A DNA stretch of 64,000 nt from Chiloscyllium plagiosum. Lineage: Eukaryota. A program made the position numbers and the translations under genes. Shown one piece after another: positions 39,746 through 51,478 of this stretch. Within the stretch, counting starts at the first letter, position 1. The number at the start of each line of letters is the position of its first letter. Under the pieces are notes generated by a model. That model worked only from the letters and a program-made list of their open reading frames with translations. It was not told where the DNA came from and did no database searches. The DNA lies in assembly GCF_004010195.1 (NCBI RefSeq), contig NC_057718.1, forward strand, positions 8,414,494-8,478,493, given 5' to 3'.

Positions 39746-40218
39746 CTGAAAATGTGTTGCTGGAAAAGCGCAGCAGGTCAGGCAGCATCCAAGGAACAGG
39801 AGAATCGACGTTTCGGGCATAAGCCCTTCTTCAGGAATGAGGAAAGTGTGTCCAGCAGGCTAAGATAAAAGGTAGGGAGGAGGGACTTGGGGGAGGGGCG
39901 TTGGAAATGCAATAGGTGGAAGGAGGTCAAGGTGAGGGTGATAGGCCGGAGTGGGGGTGGGGGCGGAGAGGTCAGGAAGAAGATTGCAGGTTAGGAAGGC
40001 GGTGCTGAGTTCGAGGGATTTGACTGAGACAAGGTGGGGGGAGGGGAAATGAGGAAACTGGAGAAATCTGAGTTCATCCCTTGTGGTTGGAAGGTTCCTA
40101 GGCGGAAGATGAGGCGCTCTTCCTCCAACCGTCGTGTTGCTATGGTCTGGCGATGGAGGAGTCCAAGGACCTGCATGTCCTTGGTGGAGTGGGAGGGGGA
40201 GTTAAAGTGTTGAGCCAC
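39746..40218 (-). mobile_element. Penelope-like element 3' fragment (family A)
   Basis: AQHFNSPSH..QVLGL..RRLEEERLIFRLGT.QPQGMN is a GIY-YIG C-terminus; terminal repeat has a hammerhead motif; CTCAGCAG flanks both sides. Confidence 0.85.
39803..39838 (-). ncRNA. Minimal hammerhead ribozyme motif (family A)
   Basis: attc-CTGAAGA-a-gggc-ttat-gccc-GAAAC-GTC-ga, directly downstream of the GIY-YIG remnant. Confidence 0.7.
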
Positions 40219-40294
40219 CTCAGCAGGCCTGGCAGCATCTGTGGAGAGAAATCAATTATTGTTTAAGGTCCATGAGACCATCAGACTATAATAA

Positions 40295-40975
40295 AACATA
40301 GAAGCAGAAATTAATCATTTAGCCCATCGATCATTCAGCCCTACTCCACCACTCAATCATGGCTGATAAGTTTCTCAACCCCATTCTCCTGCTTTCTCCC
40401 GATAACCCCTTGAGACTCAAGAACCTATCTATCTCAGTCTTAAATATACTCAATAATCTGGCCTCCAAAGCCTTCTGTAGCAATGAATTCCATAGATTCA
40501 CTACTCTCTGGCTGAAGAATGTTTTCCTTATCTCTGTTCTAAAAGGTCTTCTCTTCACTGTAAAGCTGTGCCCTCAGGTTCAAGTCTCTCTTACTAATGG
40601 AAACAGCTTCGCAACACTTACTTTGTCCAGGTCATTCAGTATTCTGTACATTTCAATTAAATACCCCCGCATCCTTCTAAACTCCATTGAGTATAAATCC
40701 TGAGTCCTCAAACATTTATCATATGTTAAGCTTTTTATTCCTGGGACCATTCTCATGAACCTCCTCTGAATAAGCTCCAGGGCCAGTACATCCTTCCTGA
40801 GATATAGGTCACAAAATTGCACACATTACTCCATATGTGGTCTAAACAGAGCATTATAGAGCCTCAGAAGTATATCCCTGATTTTATATTCAAGTCCTCT
40901 CAAAATAAATATCATCATTGCGTTTGTCTTCCTAAATATTGACTCAACCTTCCAATTTACCTTGAAAGAATCCTG
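40295..40975 (-). mobile_element. CR1 LINE 3' fragment
   Basis: ORFs 40580-40822 and 40331-40558 (FFSQRVVNLWNSL). Confidence 0.85.
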
Positions 40976-42009
40976 GGCTCAAACCGATCCAGTGACCCTT
41001 CCTCAGAACAGAGAGAGAAGGACAATTGGACAGTCAAAGGAATTGATAATGATCAGCCGAGGGGAATGAATGGCTTCCAATGGGACTATTATTGGCTAAC
41101 AATGGATAATCTTCAGAAGGGTCACTCGATCTGAAGCGTTAATTCTGATTTCTCTCCACAGATGTTGCCAGATCCGCTGAGCTTTTCCAGCAATTTCTGC
41201 TTTTGCTCCACTCAGAAACTGTATGTCTCCATGAAATCACATCTCTTCCTCCTAAACTTCAGAGATTATGGATCCAATTTAGTCATAGGACAATGCTTTC
41301 ATCCCAGGTTCCAATTTAGTTAACCTTTAACATACTGCATTCAGGCAAGTACATCATTCCTTAGATATAGATAGCAGTATTTCAGGTGTGACATCAAATG
41401 GATATGAGGGGAAGCAGAGGAAGTAAATGCTGAGGCAAAAGATCAGCCATGATCTTATTGAAAGCTGGAGTAGACACAAGAAACTCTGGCTCCTATTTCG
41501 TATACTCTTAACTTTTCATGACCTTGGAATGATTAATGATTGAGTTTTTTTTCCCCAGAACAGCAACACTTTATAAAAATCAGGATCTATCATGCATCTC
41601 TTACATCAGTCTGCTCCAGCAGAAACTAATGATTTGCCTCAACTCCATTATACTGTTATAAAGTACACATGCTTAGGGGTATAAATATAATCTTATTTTT
41701 CTCTCTCAAACATACACACAATCACTCGATGCAAATGTACACACATAGATGCTCACGCACATTTACATTCATGCTCACATATGCTTTTTTTACATAAACT
41801 GTCTCAATGCTAGTTTTGGGGTTTTACGGCAGATATTTCCTTCAATTCAACATCAATCGTAAGAGGACCTTATAACTCTGATGATGTGGATAATATTTTA
41901 GTTTACAAGTATCCAGTTAAGCAACATGAGGCAAGTGTAACACTGACTACTTATTTTGTATAAAAATATTATTGCTGTGATTGTGGGTATGTGGGTATCC
42001 AACAAATAT

Positions 42010-42700
42010 TATTGGGTAGTGTTGTAGAACAGAGAGACCTAAGGGTTCAGACACATAATTCTATGAAGTTTGTGTCACATGTCGACAGGATGGCTAAGAA
42101 GGCTTTTAACATGCTCACCTGCGTTACTCAGACTTTTCAGGAAAAGGCGTTAGGGCATCATGTTGAGATTGTATAGGATATTGCTGAGGCCTCTTCTGCA
42201 GTACTGTGTCCAGTTCTGGTTGCCCAGTTATAGGAAGGTAGCATTAAGCTGGAGAGGGCTCACAAAAGATTTACCAGGGTGTTGCTGGGAATGGAGAGTT
42301 TGAGTTATTGGGAGAGGCAGGAGAGACTAAGACATTTTTCACTGGAACATAGAAGCTTGAGGGGTGAGCTTATAAAGGTTTTAAAATCAATGAAGGGCAT
42401 AGCTAAGGCATCTTTTCCCTAGGGTGGGGGATTTCATGACTTGGGGCATATTTTTAAGGTGAGAGGAGAATGATGGGCAACTCTTTTACACAGAGTGAGG
42501 TCTGTGTGTGGAATGAACTTCTAGAGGACGTGTTGGATGCAGGTATAGTTACAATGTTTAAAAGATATTTGGATAAGTACATGAACAGGAAAGGTTTGGA
42601 GGGATATGGGCCAAGTGCAGGCAGGTGGGACTAGTTTAGTTGGGATTATGGTTGGCATGGACTGGTCGGATTGAAGAGTCCATGCTATATGACTCTATTA
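42010..42700 (+). mobile_element. CR1 LINE 3' fragment
   Basis: EQRDLRV.. and CR1 3' UTR ending CTATATGACTCTAT. Confidence 0.82.
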
Positions 42701-43834
42701 GAATGTATGATTTTCCAAACCATAAAATGAAGATGCATTCATTTTCATTCTAAACCTCAATTTTAAAATATAGACTTCTTGCATGTCTGAGAAATTTATC
42801 ATTACCTCAAAATGTAGGTCCACCATCCCAACACAGCCAGGTCTGAAGCTGGTAATCCTGAGGCATGTACCTCACCCCAGGACTCCTCAAAGTCAAACAT
42901 CTACAACATACAAAAACAGAAATTACTGCTGAATCTCAATGGGTCTGGCAGCAGCTGTGAGAGGAAAGCAGAGTTAATGTTTCAAGTCTGGTGACTCTTC
43001 AGAACGGACTCAAATGTTAATTTTGCTTTCTCCCCACCATGATTGGGAGACATACTGAGTTTCACCAGCAATTATTGCTTTTCTTTCAGATCTCCAGTAT
43101 CTGCTGTTCTTTGTTTTGAAACAAAGGTATAAGTCAGGAGAGTGATAGACTACTTGTCACTTGCCTGGATGCGTGAGTTCGACCAGCACTCAAGCATTTG
43201 ACACCATGAAGACAATGACACTATCTTGATTAGCACTCATACCCATTCGCTTAAAACACTCATCTTCTTCTCTACCTGTGCCCAGTGTCAGAAAATGCAC
43301 TCATCAAAGTGCCTTCAAAAGTATTTTCTGTAAGATTTGAGCTGGTTGAAATTACAAGTGCTTTGAAAGCAGTTGATTAAGAAGCAACAGTTTAGATGTG
43401 GTGTGCAAGGTAAATCTGCTGAAAAGACCTCAGAAATTTACCGGTTCAGAAAAGTTGCTGATCTCTGGAGTTGGTGGTCTCCTGAGACTACTACTACGTG
43501 GTGGTTTCAGGTCAGAAAAAAAGTGGGTGAAGCTAATGTTTGTGGCTGATGATTTCTCTGTTGGCTTGAGCTACATTGTTAGGCTGAAATCACCGTAAGA
43601 TGTTATTTTCTGTCCAAAATGATTTCTTGTCTTCAAGTAGCCATTTATATACCTTATTTCTAAGGTTTGATTGTTATCTCATCTCAGTCACCTATTCAAC
43701 TGTCAATTAGCAAAGGACAGTTCTCCAAAACATTTTATTTCTAATCAAAACCCATGAAAACCATTTCCAACCTTAACAGATTCCTGATGTCTTTCCTTAT
43801 TGAATCGAGGCTTGTCCGAGGGTCTGTTTCTTTT

Positions 43835-44460
43835 TAGAACAAAGAACAATACAGCACAGGAATGACCCTTCAGCCCTCCTCGCCTGCATTGACACATTTT
43901 GCCCTTCCATACCAGAACTGTCTTCACTTACAGGATCTGTATCCCTCTATTGCCTTCCTTCACACATCTCTTTTAATCATCCCCAGCCAACATCTTGAAC
44001 CTATGTCCCTGGTAATTGATCCCTCCAGCCTGTGAAAAAGCCTCATACTTCCCACTCTATCCATGCCATTCACAATCTTATAAACTTCTATCAGGTTGCC
44101 CCTCAACCTCTTGTGTTCCAGTGAAAATAAATCCAGTCTATCCAAACTTTCTTTATAGCTAAAATTCTCCATACTAGGCAACATCCTGTTAAAACCTTTT
44201 CTGTACCTTTTCCAAAGCATCCACCCACTTCTGGTAGTGTGGTGACCAGAACTGTAGGCAATATCCCAGATTATAGTCTATAAAAGCTTTCTCACCACCA
44301 ATGTTAAACTCATTGGCCTGTATTTGCTTGGTTTATTCTCAAAGTCATTTTTTTAAACAATGGTCTGACATTTTTAATCCTTTAATGATTTGGTAACACC
44401 CCTGCATCCAAAGAAAAGCAGAAAACCATGGCTATTGCCTCTACAATTCCTGTCCTCATT
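43835..44460 (-). mobile_element. CR1 LINE fragments
   Basis: ORF 43960-44220 (RLRGNLIEVYKI). Confidence 0.78.
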
Positions 44461-46059
44461 TACTCCATTTAATTCGGCAGCTGGTTTCTGATACAAAGAA
44501 ATATCAATAGCTTGTGTTCAATTCCTACATCAGCTGAGGTTACTATACAGGTTCTGCCTGTTTAAACTCTCTCCTGACCTGAGGTGTGGTGACCCTTAGG
44601 TTAAGCTCACTGCCAGTCATCTCTCTCTAATGAGAGTAAGATGACTTCACCTTAATTCATCCTATGTGCGCTAATGCATCCCATCAGGTCCTGGTGATTT
44701 ATTAACTTTACGTAAAGTTAATATTTCTAATACTCCCTCTTTGCCTATTTTAGCCTGCAATCATCTCCTTTCACCATCATTTCAGCAGCATCTCTTGGTA
44801 CAGATGAAGGATAATCATTTAGAATTTCAGCCTTCTTCATCCGTGCTTAAATCTCCATTTCTTTTATCGCTAATCCTCCATACTCCTTTTAGCACTGTTT
44901 TTCTACTTAAATGCCTTTGGATTCCCTTGTATTAAAGCTGTCATTCTCTTCTCATACTTACTATTTGCTTCTGAGTCCATTTTCACTTTGCCTCTAATCC
45001 TTATATATTCAGTCTAGTTCACACGTTTATTATCAATTTAACATGTGTCATATGCATTTCAATCTCCATTTCTTTGTCACATAATAGATTAGATTTTCAG
45101 CACTATTTAAGTAGCAAAACTGAATACCTCTTTTTATATATTAATGCACTACCAATCATTTGCCCACATCAAGGTCAGTTCTGAAATCACTTGATAAACT
45201 GTTTCAATTAAGCATAATTATCCATGAATATAGATAATGTCTGTCAATGTAATATCGCATTTGTCTTGTGTACAACTCGGAAGATCCTGATGGATACGTT
45301 AGTTGCAAACTGTTATTGGGCAAGTTCCGAGTAAGTCACTAACTTATCAAAGGTGCATTGTTGTCTTTGAGTGACTTTATAATAGGAGTCTCATTCCGTG
45401 GAACATAGTGAGATTGAAAAGGTGAGGACTGTGTTCAGGGAATTAAAGTTGAACATTTATATTACACATTTACTGACACCAGGGCAACTTTTAATGGTTT
45501 ACACCTACTTTTTAAGTGTAGTCACTAGTGTAATTTAGAAGATGCTGCAGTCAATTTTCAAACAGCAAGATACCACAACAGAAACATCGTAATGCCTGAA
45601 TAAAATGCTTCGGTAGTGTTGAGAGTGCAATATTTGTACCTTAATTCTTGATGTGGCCCAGCTGGAAAAATATGGGTTGTTACCATTCGAAGTTCCGAAT
45701 CTTAGCCTCACTAAAAGAAATGAATCACCTCATAGAGGATAAGGGATAAGTTCTTTATCAAACAATGGCATTAAACAATTCAGGAGTGGCAAAAGATGCA
45801 GGAGGAGCACAGCAATCTCAGACAGAGAAGGAAGGTTCATTTACAGAAAGGGCAGTAATTCTGTCAAAAATTGAATAGTGCAGCAAGTGAATGATCAAGT
45901 CTGAAACTATGTCAGAATGACTGAGGGTCAATCTCTTTTCACTAGCCAGGAAGGAATTTGCTGACACAATGTTGGAACCGTTTAAATCCTGCTGTGAGTG
46001 AGGATAAGATCACTGATTCAAAATTTCATATTTTCCCATCAGCGGATAACCAAAGGAAA

Positions 46060-47790
46060 ACGATGCATTTTGTCCTTGAGTCTTAAAAGAGAAGACTAAT
46101 GATCTAGTAGATGCATTGGTGTTGACTTTCCAAAATTCCCCAGATCCATGACAAAATCCCTCAGACTGCAAGTAGCAAATATATCAAGTAGGGAAGGAGG
46201 CAGAAAGCAAGTTAGTTAGCTCGTGGGCATGGTTTAAATTGATCACTGGTATTCATTTCAAGAGGGCTAGAATACAAGAGCAGGGATGCACTACTGAAAC
46301 TGTACAAGGCTCCTGTCTGACTGCATTTGGAATATTGTGAACAGTTTTGGACCCCGCATCTGAGGAAAGATGTGCTATCATTGAAGGGGGTCCAGAGGAG
46401 GTGGACAAGAATGATCCTGGGGATGAAGGACTTGTCATAAGAGGGGTGGTTGAGGACTCTGGGTCTGTGCTCAATTAATGTTTAGAAGGATGAGGAGGGG
46501 ATCTGATTGAAACTTGTCGGATACTGAGAGGCCTGGATACGGTGGATGTGGAGAAGATGTTTTCACTTGTAGTAGAGACTAAGACCTAAGGCCACAGCCT
46601 CAGAGTGAAGGCACGACCCTTTAGAACTGAGATGAGGAGGAATTTCTTCAGCCAGAAGACAGTGATTCAGTGGAACTCATTGCTGCAGAGAGCTGTGGAG
46701 GCCAAGTCATTGAGTGTACTTAAGACATAGATAAGTTATTGATTAATGAGGGGATCAAAGGTTATGGGAAGAAGGCAGGGGAACGGGGTTGAGAAGAATA
46801 TCTATTTTGATTTGAATGACAGATTTCTTCTCCTATATCATATTGTCTACAGAGATTGCAGCTGTGCACTTCGAAAAACTAAGATTATTCGGGAAAATTC
46901 AGTGTGATTTCAAGATAGGGAAGAGAGAAAGTTGTGAAGAAGACACAATGAAGTTGTATATGGATAGAGGTAGGTTGTGTGGGTGGGCAGAAAATCTGGC
47001 AAATGCTATATAATGTTGGAAAATGTCAAGATGTTTATTTTGACATTAAGAATAAAACAGCAGAGTATTCTTAAATGGAGAATAACTACAGAATTCCAAG
47101 GCTTAATGGGATCTAGGTGTTTTCATCCATTAGCCGCAAAACAAATTAGTGTACAGAATCATGAAAGTTAATGGGATGCCATCTTTTATTATGAAAGGAA
47201 TTGAACATAATAGTAAAGATGCTTCAGTTATATGGGGTATTGGTGGGACCACATCTCGAATACTGTGCACAATTTTCATTTCCTTAAGGAAGGATGTAAA
47301 GGCTTAGATGCAGTCCACAGGAGTTTTGCTAGATTGATATCTGGAACGAGCAGGTTGTTTCATGGGGCTAGATTGAAGAGGATGGGCTTGTTTCTATTGT
47401 AGAGTAGTCGGGGGAGGGGTGGTTTGATCCTGAAGTGTGTAGGATCCTGAATGGTTTAATAATGTTGGTGCAAAAAGGATGTCTATTCTTGTGGGTCAGT
47501 CCAGAATTGGGAGGCACCATTTTCAAATTATTGGCTGCTTTTTCAGAACAGACATAAGGATTTCTTTTTCTCTCAAAGGCTTGTATGATTTTGGAGCTTC
47601 TGCCTCAAAAGGTGGGAGAGCTGGAATTATTGATATTTTTAAGATAAACATGCATTAGTTCTTAATAGTGAATTAAGAGCTATAGTGGATAGATGGGAAT
47701 ATAGAAATTGAATCATAAATGGATCAGGCATAATCTTATTGACTGGTAGAACTAACTCCAGAGGCTGAATAGTCTAATTCAGCTCTTCTT
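46060..47790 (+). mobile_element. Two successive degraded CR1 fragments
   Basis: CR1 ORF2 C-terminal motifs (LEYC..FW; FFSQ..WNSL) occur twice. Confidence 0.75.
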
Positions 47791-50160
47791 CCACAGAATT
47801 GTATGTTTACATGATCCTAGATTTTCCAATTATAATTTGAAAGCAGACTGAATGATGGAGGAAAGATGATGGTGTATTGGTGCTGTCACTGGGTTAGCAA
47901 TCTAGTCAACCCTAGGCTAATGTTCTGGGGATATGGGTTCAAATCCCACCCATAACAGAGGGTGAGCTGTAAATTCATCATTTCTTAATGGTCTGAAACC
48001 ATTTTTTAAAAACCTGTTCATCAAATCTCTTTAAGGAATGAAAATCTACCCTCTTTCTCTGGTCTGGCCTACATGTGACTCCAGACCCAAAGCAATGTGG
48101 TTGACATATAACTGCCTTTTGAAATGATAGGGCAAATCACTCAATGGAAGTGCAGTTATGGATGGGAAACAAGTAATGGCCTTGTCAATGATGCCCACAT
48201 TCTATCAAAAGATAAAGTGAGCATGGATATTAGCTTCCTGGATAACTCGTGTACTGCAATGGCAATGCATCACAAGTATTCAAGTTCCACCTTCTCCAAA
48301 GGTGTGTAAGAACATCCCTGAGCAAGTTGATTAGAAAATGTCTGTAACTACACCATCCCATTGAGAAGTGATTCCACAAGATTGATACCAACATTAACAT
48401 CAACAAAGTGGCTGAAATGTCCAAACTTCCCTTTCAGAATTGGAAACTGTGAAGAAGCCCAGCTCCAACTGGTAGCTCCATTAATTCACATTCTTCCATT
48501 CTATTTTTGTTTGCTGTTTGCAATGTGAAAGTATCAATGAGACTTGCTTCACTGCCAGGTATAACAGTCTCATATTTCAGATAATCCTCCTTTCTCTGAA
48601 TTTGGGTCTGCCTTTGAAATCCTAGCACCCTTAACTTGTTCTAAATGATCACAAGATGTAGATTCCAGAAGCAGCTGTGAATACCCAATTGGACGAATTC
48701 CCCATTAGCTTTGAAGAAAAGTGATTTATAAGAATACTTACATTAGCAAAGAACAACTTTTCAGTTTGAGATTGCTTGCTGCTGGTCTTAAAGTGGTGGC
48801 TGTGAAAGTCGAACATCCTGAGGGGCTATCCATGGTATGACTGGTTGGGTTCTCACATGTGTTGCCATCCCTATCCTTTAAGAGCTAGAGATATGAGAAT
48901 CTGCAGGATGAAAACAGCTCAGTGCCTGTGCAATTTAGCATGCTTCCATTTTGAATACCTTGGTACTGGCATGGAGTCTCTGATCTCCAACTTTACACTG
49001 CCCTCTATCCAATCCACCAGTGCTGTTCTAATACCAAAGATTTTTTTAAAAAAAGAACAGCCCCAAAGATCCCACTTTCTAATGTCCATATTGTCTTTAA
49101 TGTGGATCCATTTCTTTGAGGGGTTCAAGATTAGTGTTGGTTGGTGCACAGAACCAGGAGCAATTAAAACATTGAATGTTTTTGCTATTTGGGTATTTGT
49201 GTGGAACATACCAACACATTGTGAAAACCTTTACTTGTTGCACATGTTAGTTTCCAGAGTTAGTGTGTGCTTAACATTGAGGGGTTCACACTCATTACCT
49301 GGGGAAAGGTAGTCCTCACAGGAACCTTTAGAAAAGGATATTGGGACTTCGGTTTTAGAAAATTGAATTGCAGACAATTTGCAATCTAATCAGAACCAAC
49401 CCTCTATCCAAGAATAGAACAGGATTACAGCTGCTGAAGGCATTGGATAGTCAAGCATTCCTGGGAACGAAAAGAATGACAACATTGGGATTGTAGCAAT
49501 GGATTCTGGCTGGTTTGGGTTATTTGATATGTCAATGCAGAGTTGTTATTGTACAGGGAGAGGTGTTCCCTGAATGATCTTCTCTTTGGATTCAGTAATA
49601 ACTTTCATCATTTTTCATCTGAGCCCAGTGACTTTTTCTAATAAAATATAATTTCTTTTTTTGATAACATGATTACTCTGTTATGGGAGAAACAAGTATA
49701 ACTGCCAGCTCTGAGAACTGATCAATGACGATTGTTTAAAGACAGAGAGAGGGAATAAAAAAAGAAAAAAAAACCTAGGGCTCAATCTGAAATCGAGAAA
49801 TTAAGAGTGGGCGAGAAGTGATAAAAACAGTGTCTGAAAGACGGATGCAAAGGTAGAGAGAAAGAGGAGAGGAGTGAGTGAGGAGGAAGAATCTGAATAA
49901 ATGTGAAGTGAAAAATAAAGCAAAGGAGTATGAAAGAATTCAACACAGTGAGATAAAAGGTCGGTGGAAAGTGGAGATTTGAAGTGGAAGAGAAAGCTAG
50001 CAGAAGGGGATACAGGAACACACAGTAAGAAGAACAGCAGAAAGTCAGATACGGAAGAAGTAACGAGTTGAAACAAAAGGAGTCAGAAAATTATTATTAA
50101 ACAGAGAAATCGGTCAGAGGAAAGGAAAATCGCGGCGCTGAAGGCAAGAGGGAAGGTTTA

Positions 50161-50720
50161 CAGTTTCAGCACCGCACCTCAGAGACAGCTCTTTTCACGG
50201 TTGCTGAGACTGGACAACAGCGCACAGCCAGCTCTCCCGACTATGTCAGCACCACGCATCAGGGACAGCTCCTTCCACAGACGCTGAGACTTGATAGCAG
50301 CGGACAGTCAGCTCGCTCCTCAGTTTCAGCACCACGCATCGGGGTCAGCTCCTTCCACAGACGCCAAGACTGGATAGCTGCGGACAGTCAGCTCGCTCCT
50401 CAGTTTCAGCACCACGCATCGAGGACAGCTCCTTCCACAGACGCTAAGACTGGGTAGCAGCGGACAGTCAGCTCACTCCACAGTTTCAGCACCACGCATC
50501 GGGGACAGCTCCTTCCACAGACGCTGAGACTTGATAGCAGCGGACAGTCAGCTCGCTCCACAGTTTCAGCATCACGCATCGAGGACAGCTCCTTCCACAG
50601 ACGCCAAGACTGGGTAGCAGCGGACAGTCAGTTCACTCCACAGTTTCAGCACCACGCATCGGGGTCAGCTCCTTCCACAGACGCTGAGACTGGATAGCAG
50701 CGGGCAACCGGCTCTCTCTT
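50161..50720 (+). repeat. Tandem array, 7 x 80 bp, upstream of NMBR
   Basis: Units start at 50161, 50241, 50321, 50401, 50481, 50561 and 50641. Typical unit: CAGTTTCAGCACCACGCATCGGGGACAGCTCCTTCCACAGACGCTGAGACTTGATAGCAGCGGACAGTCAGCTCGCTCCA. Confidence 0.97.
50164..50672 (+). promoter_or_regulatory. Seven candidate non-canonical RE1/NRSE (REST) sites, one per repeat unit
   Basis: TTCAGCACC + 9-nt spacer + GGACAGCTCC, compared with canonical TTCAGCACC-NN-GGACAGCGCC. Lies next to the start of a neuronal/neuroendocrine GPCR gene. Confidence 0.6.
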
Positions 50721-51074
50721 GCAGTCTCAGGTAATCTCCAAGCCCTGCGGCACTTATTTTTAACTTTTGTTTGTAGATGATTTGGGAATATTTAGAGAAT
50801 GAAATGTGAACGTCTGGTGGTTGATATTCTTGTGAACGTGTTCCCAGAATTTCGGTTGACTTCTCTTCTTCTTCTTTCTTTCAGGGAACTTGTTGCGAAA
50901 GAACAGTGACGCAACTTGCTGATTATCCAGATAATTGACTGTCTGGAAAGGAGCTGACCTCACGAGGTTGAGGTAGTAGGTGGGGGTGGAGTTGAGACCA
51001 TTGTAGCGAAAGCATAAGGCATCCTTGTCCAGCATTTATTTTCCCCTTGGGACAGGAGCCAACGCTTCAGGAGG

Positions 51075-51478
51075 ATGGATGGTGAACTGTTCGACAACGG
51101 TACTTTTCTTTCACTCAACGGAGCAACTTGGAACAACTTTACAGAGGAGATAGTCTACCTTGACACCGCGTTCTTTGTGATCCGATGCATCATCCCCCCC
51201 ATCTACCTCCTCCTCATCACAGTGGGCTTGCTGGGGAACATCACTTTGGTCAGGGTCTTTGTAGCTAACAGCGCTATGAGAAGTGTGCCTAACATTTTCA
51301 TTTCCAGTTTAGCAGCTGGTGACCTGCTGCTCCTGGTCACTTGTGTCCCAGTGGACGCTGCCAGGTATTTCTTTGAGGATTGGATCTTCGGCTCACTGGC
51401 TTGTAAGCTCATCCCCATGATCCAACTCACCTCAGTGGGAGTGTCAGTGTTCACCCTGACGGCTCTCAGTGCAGACAG
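51075..51478 (+). CDS. NMBR: Neuromedin B receptor (bombesin receptor family GPCR), first coding exon (TM1-TM3); downstream exons not found in the window
   Basis: The ORF contains [96 protein letters not shown] and RYFF favour NMBR over GRPR/BRS3. Phase-2 donor AG|GTAAGT at 51479 splits the R of DRY. GJE1 as neighbour supports the assignment. Confidence 0.93.

Noticed and set aside
48845..49312. 155-aa ORF upstream of NMBR
   Set aside because: No recognisable motifs or supporting splice structure; likely a chance ORF.
49740..50160. Purine-rich tract with hydrophobic antisense ORFs
   Set aside because: Low-complexity GA-rich sequence explains the F/L/S-rich translations.
50161..50720. CRISPR-like or coding interpretation of the 80-bp array
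   Set aside because: Eukaryotic context, whole units repeat with no unique spacers, no cas genes, and no ORF is listed across it.
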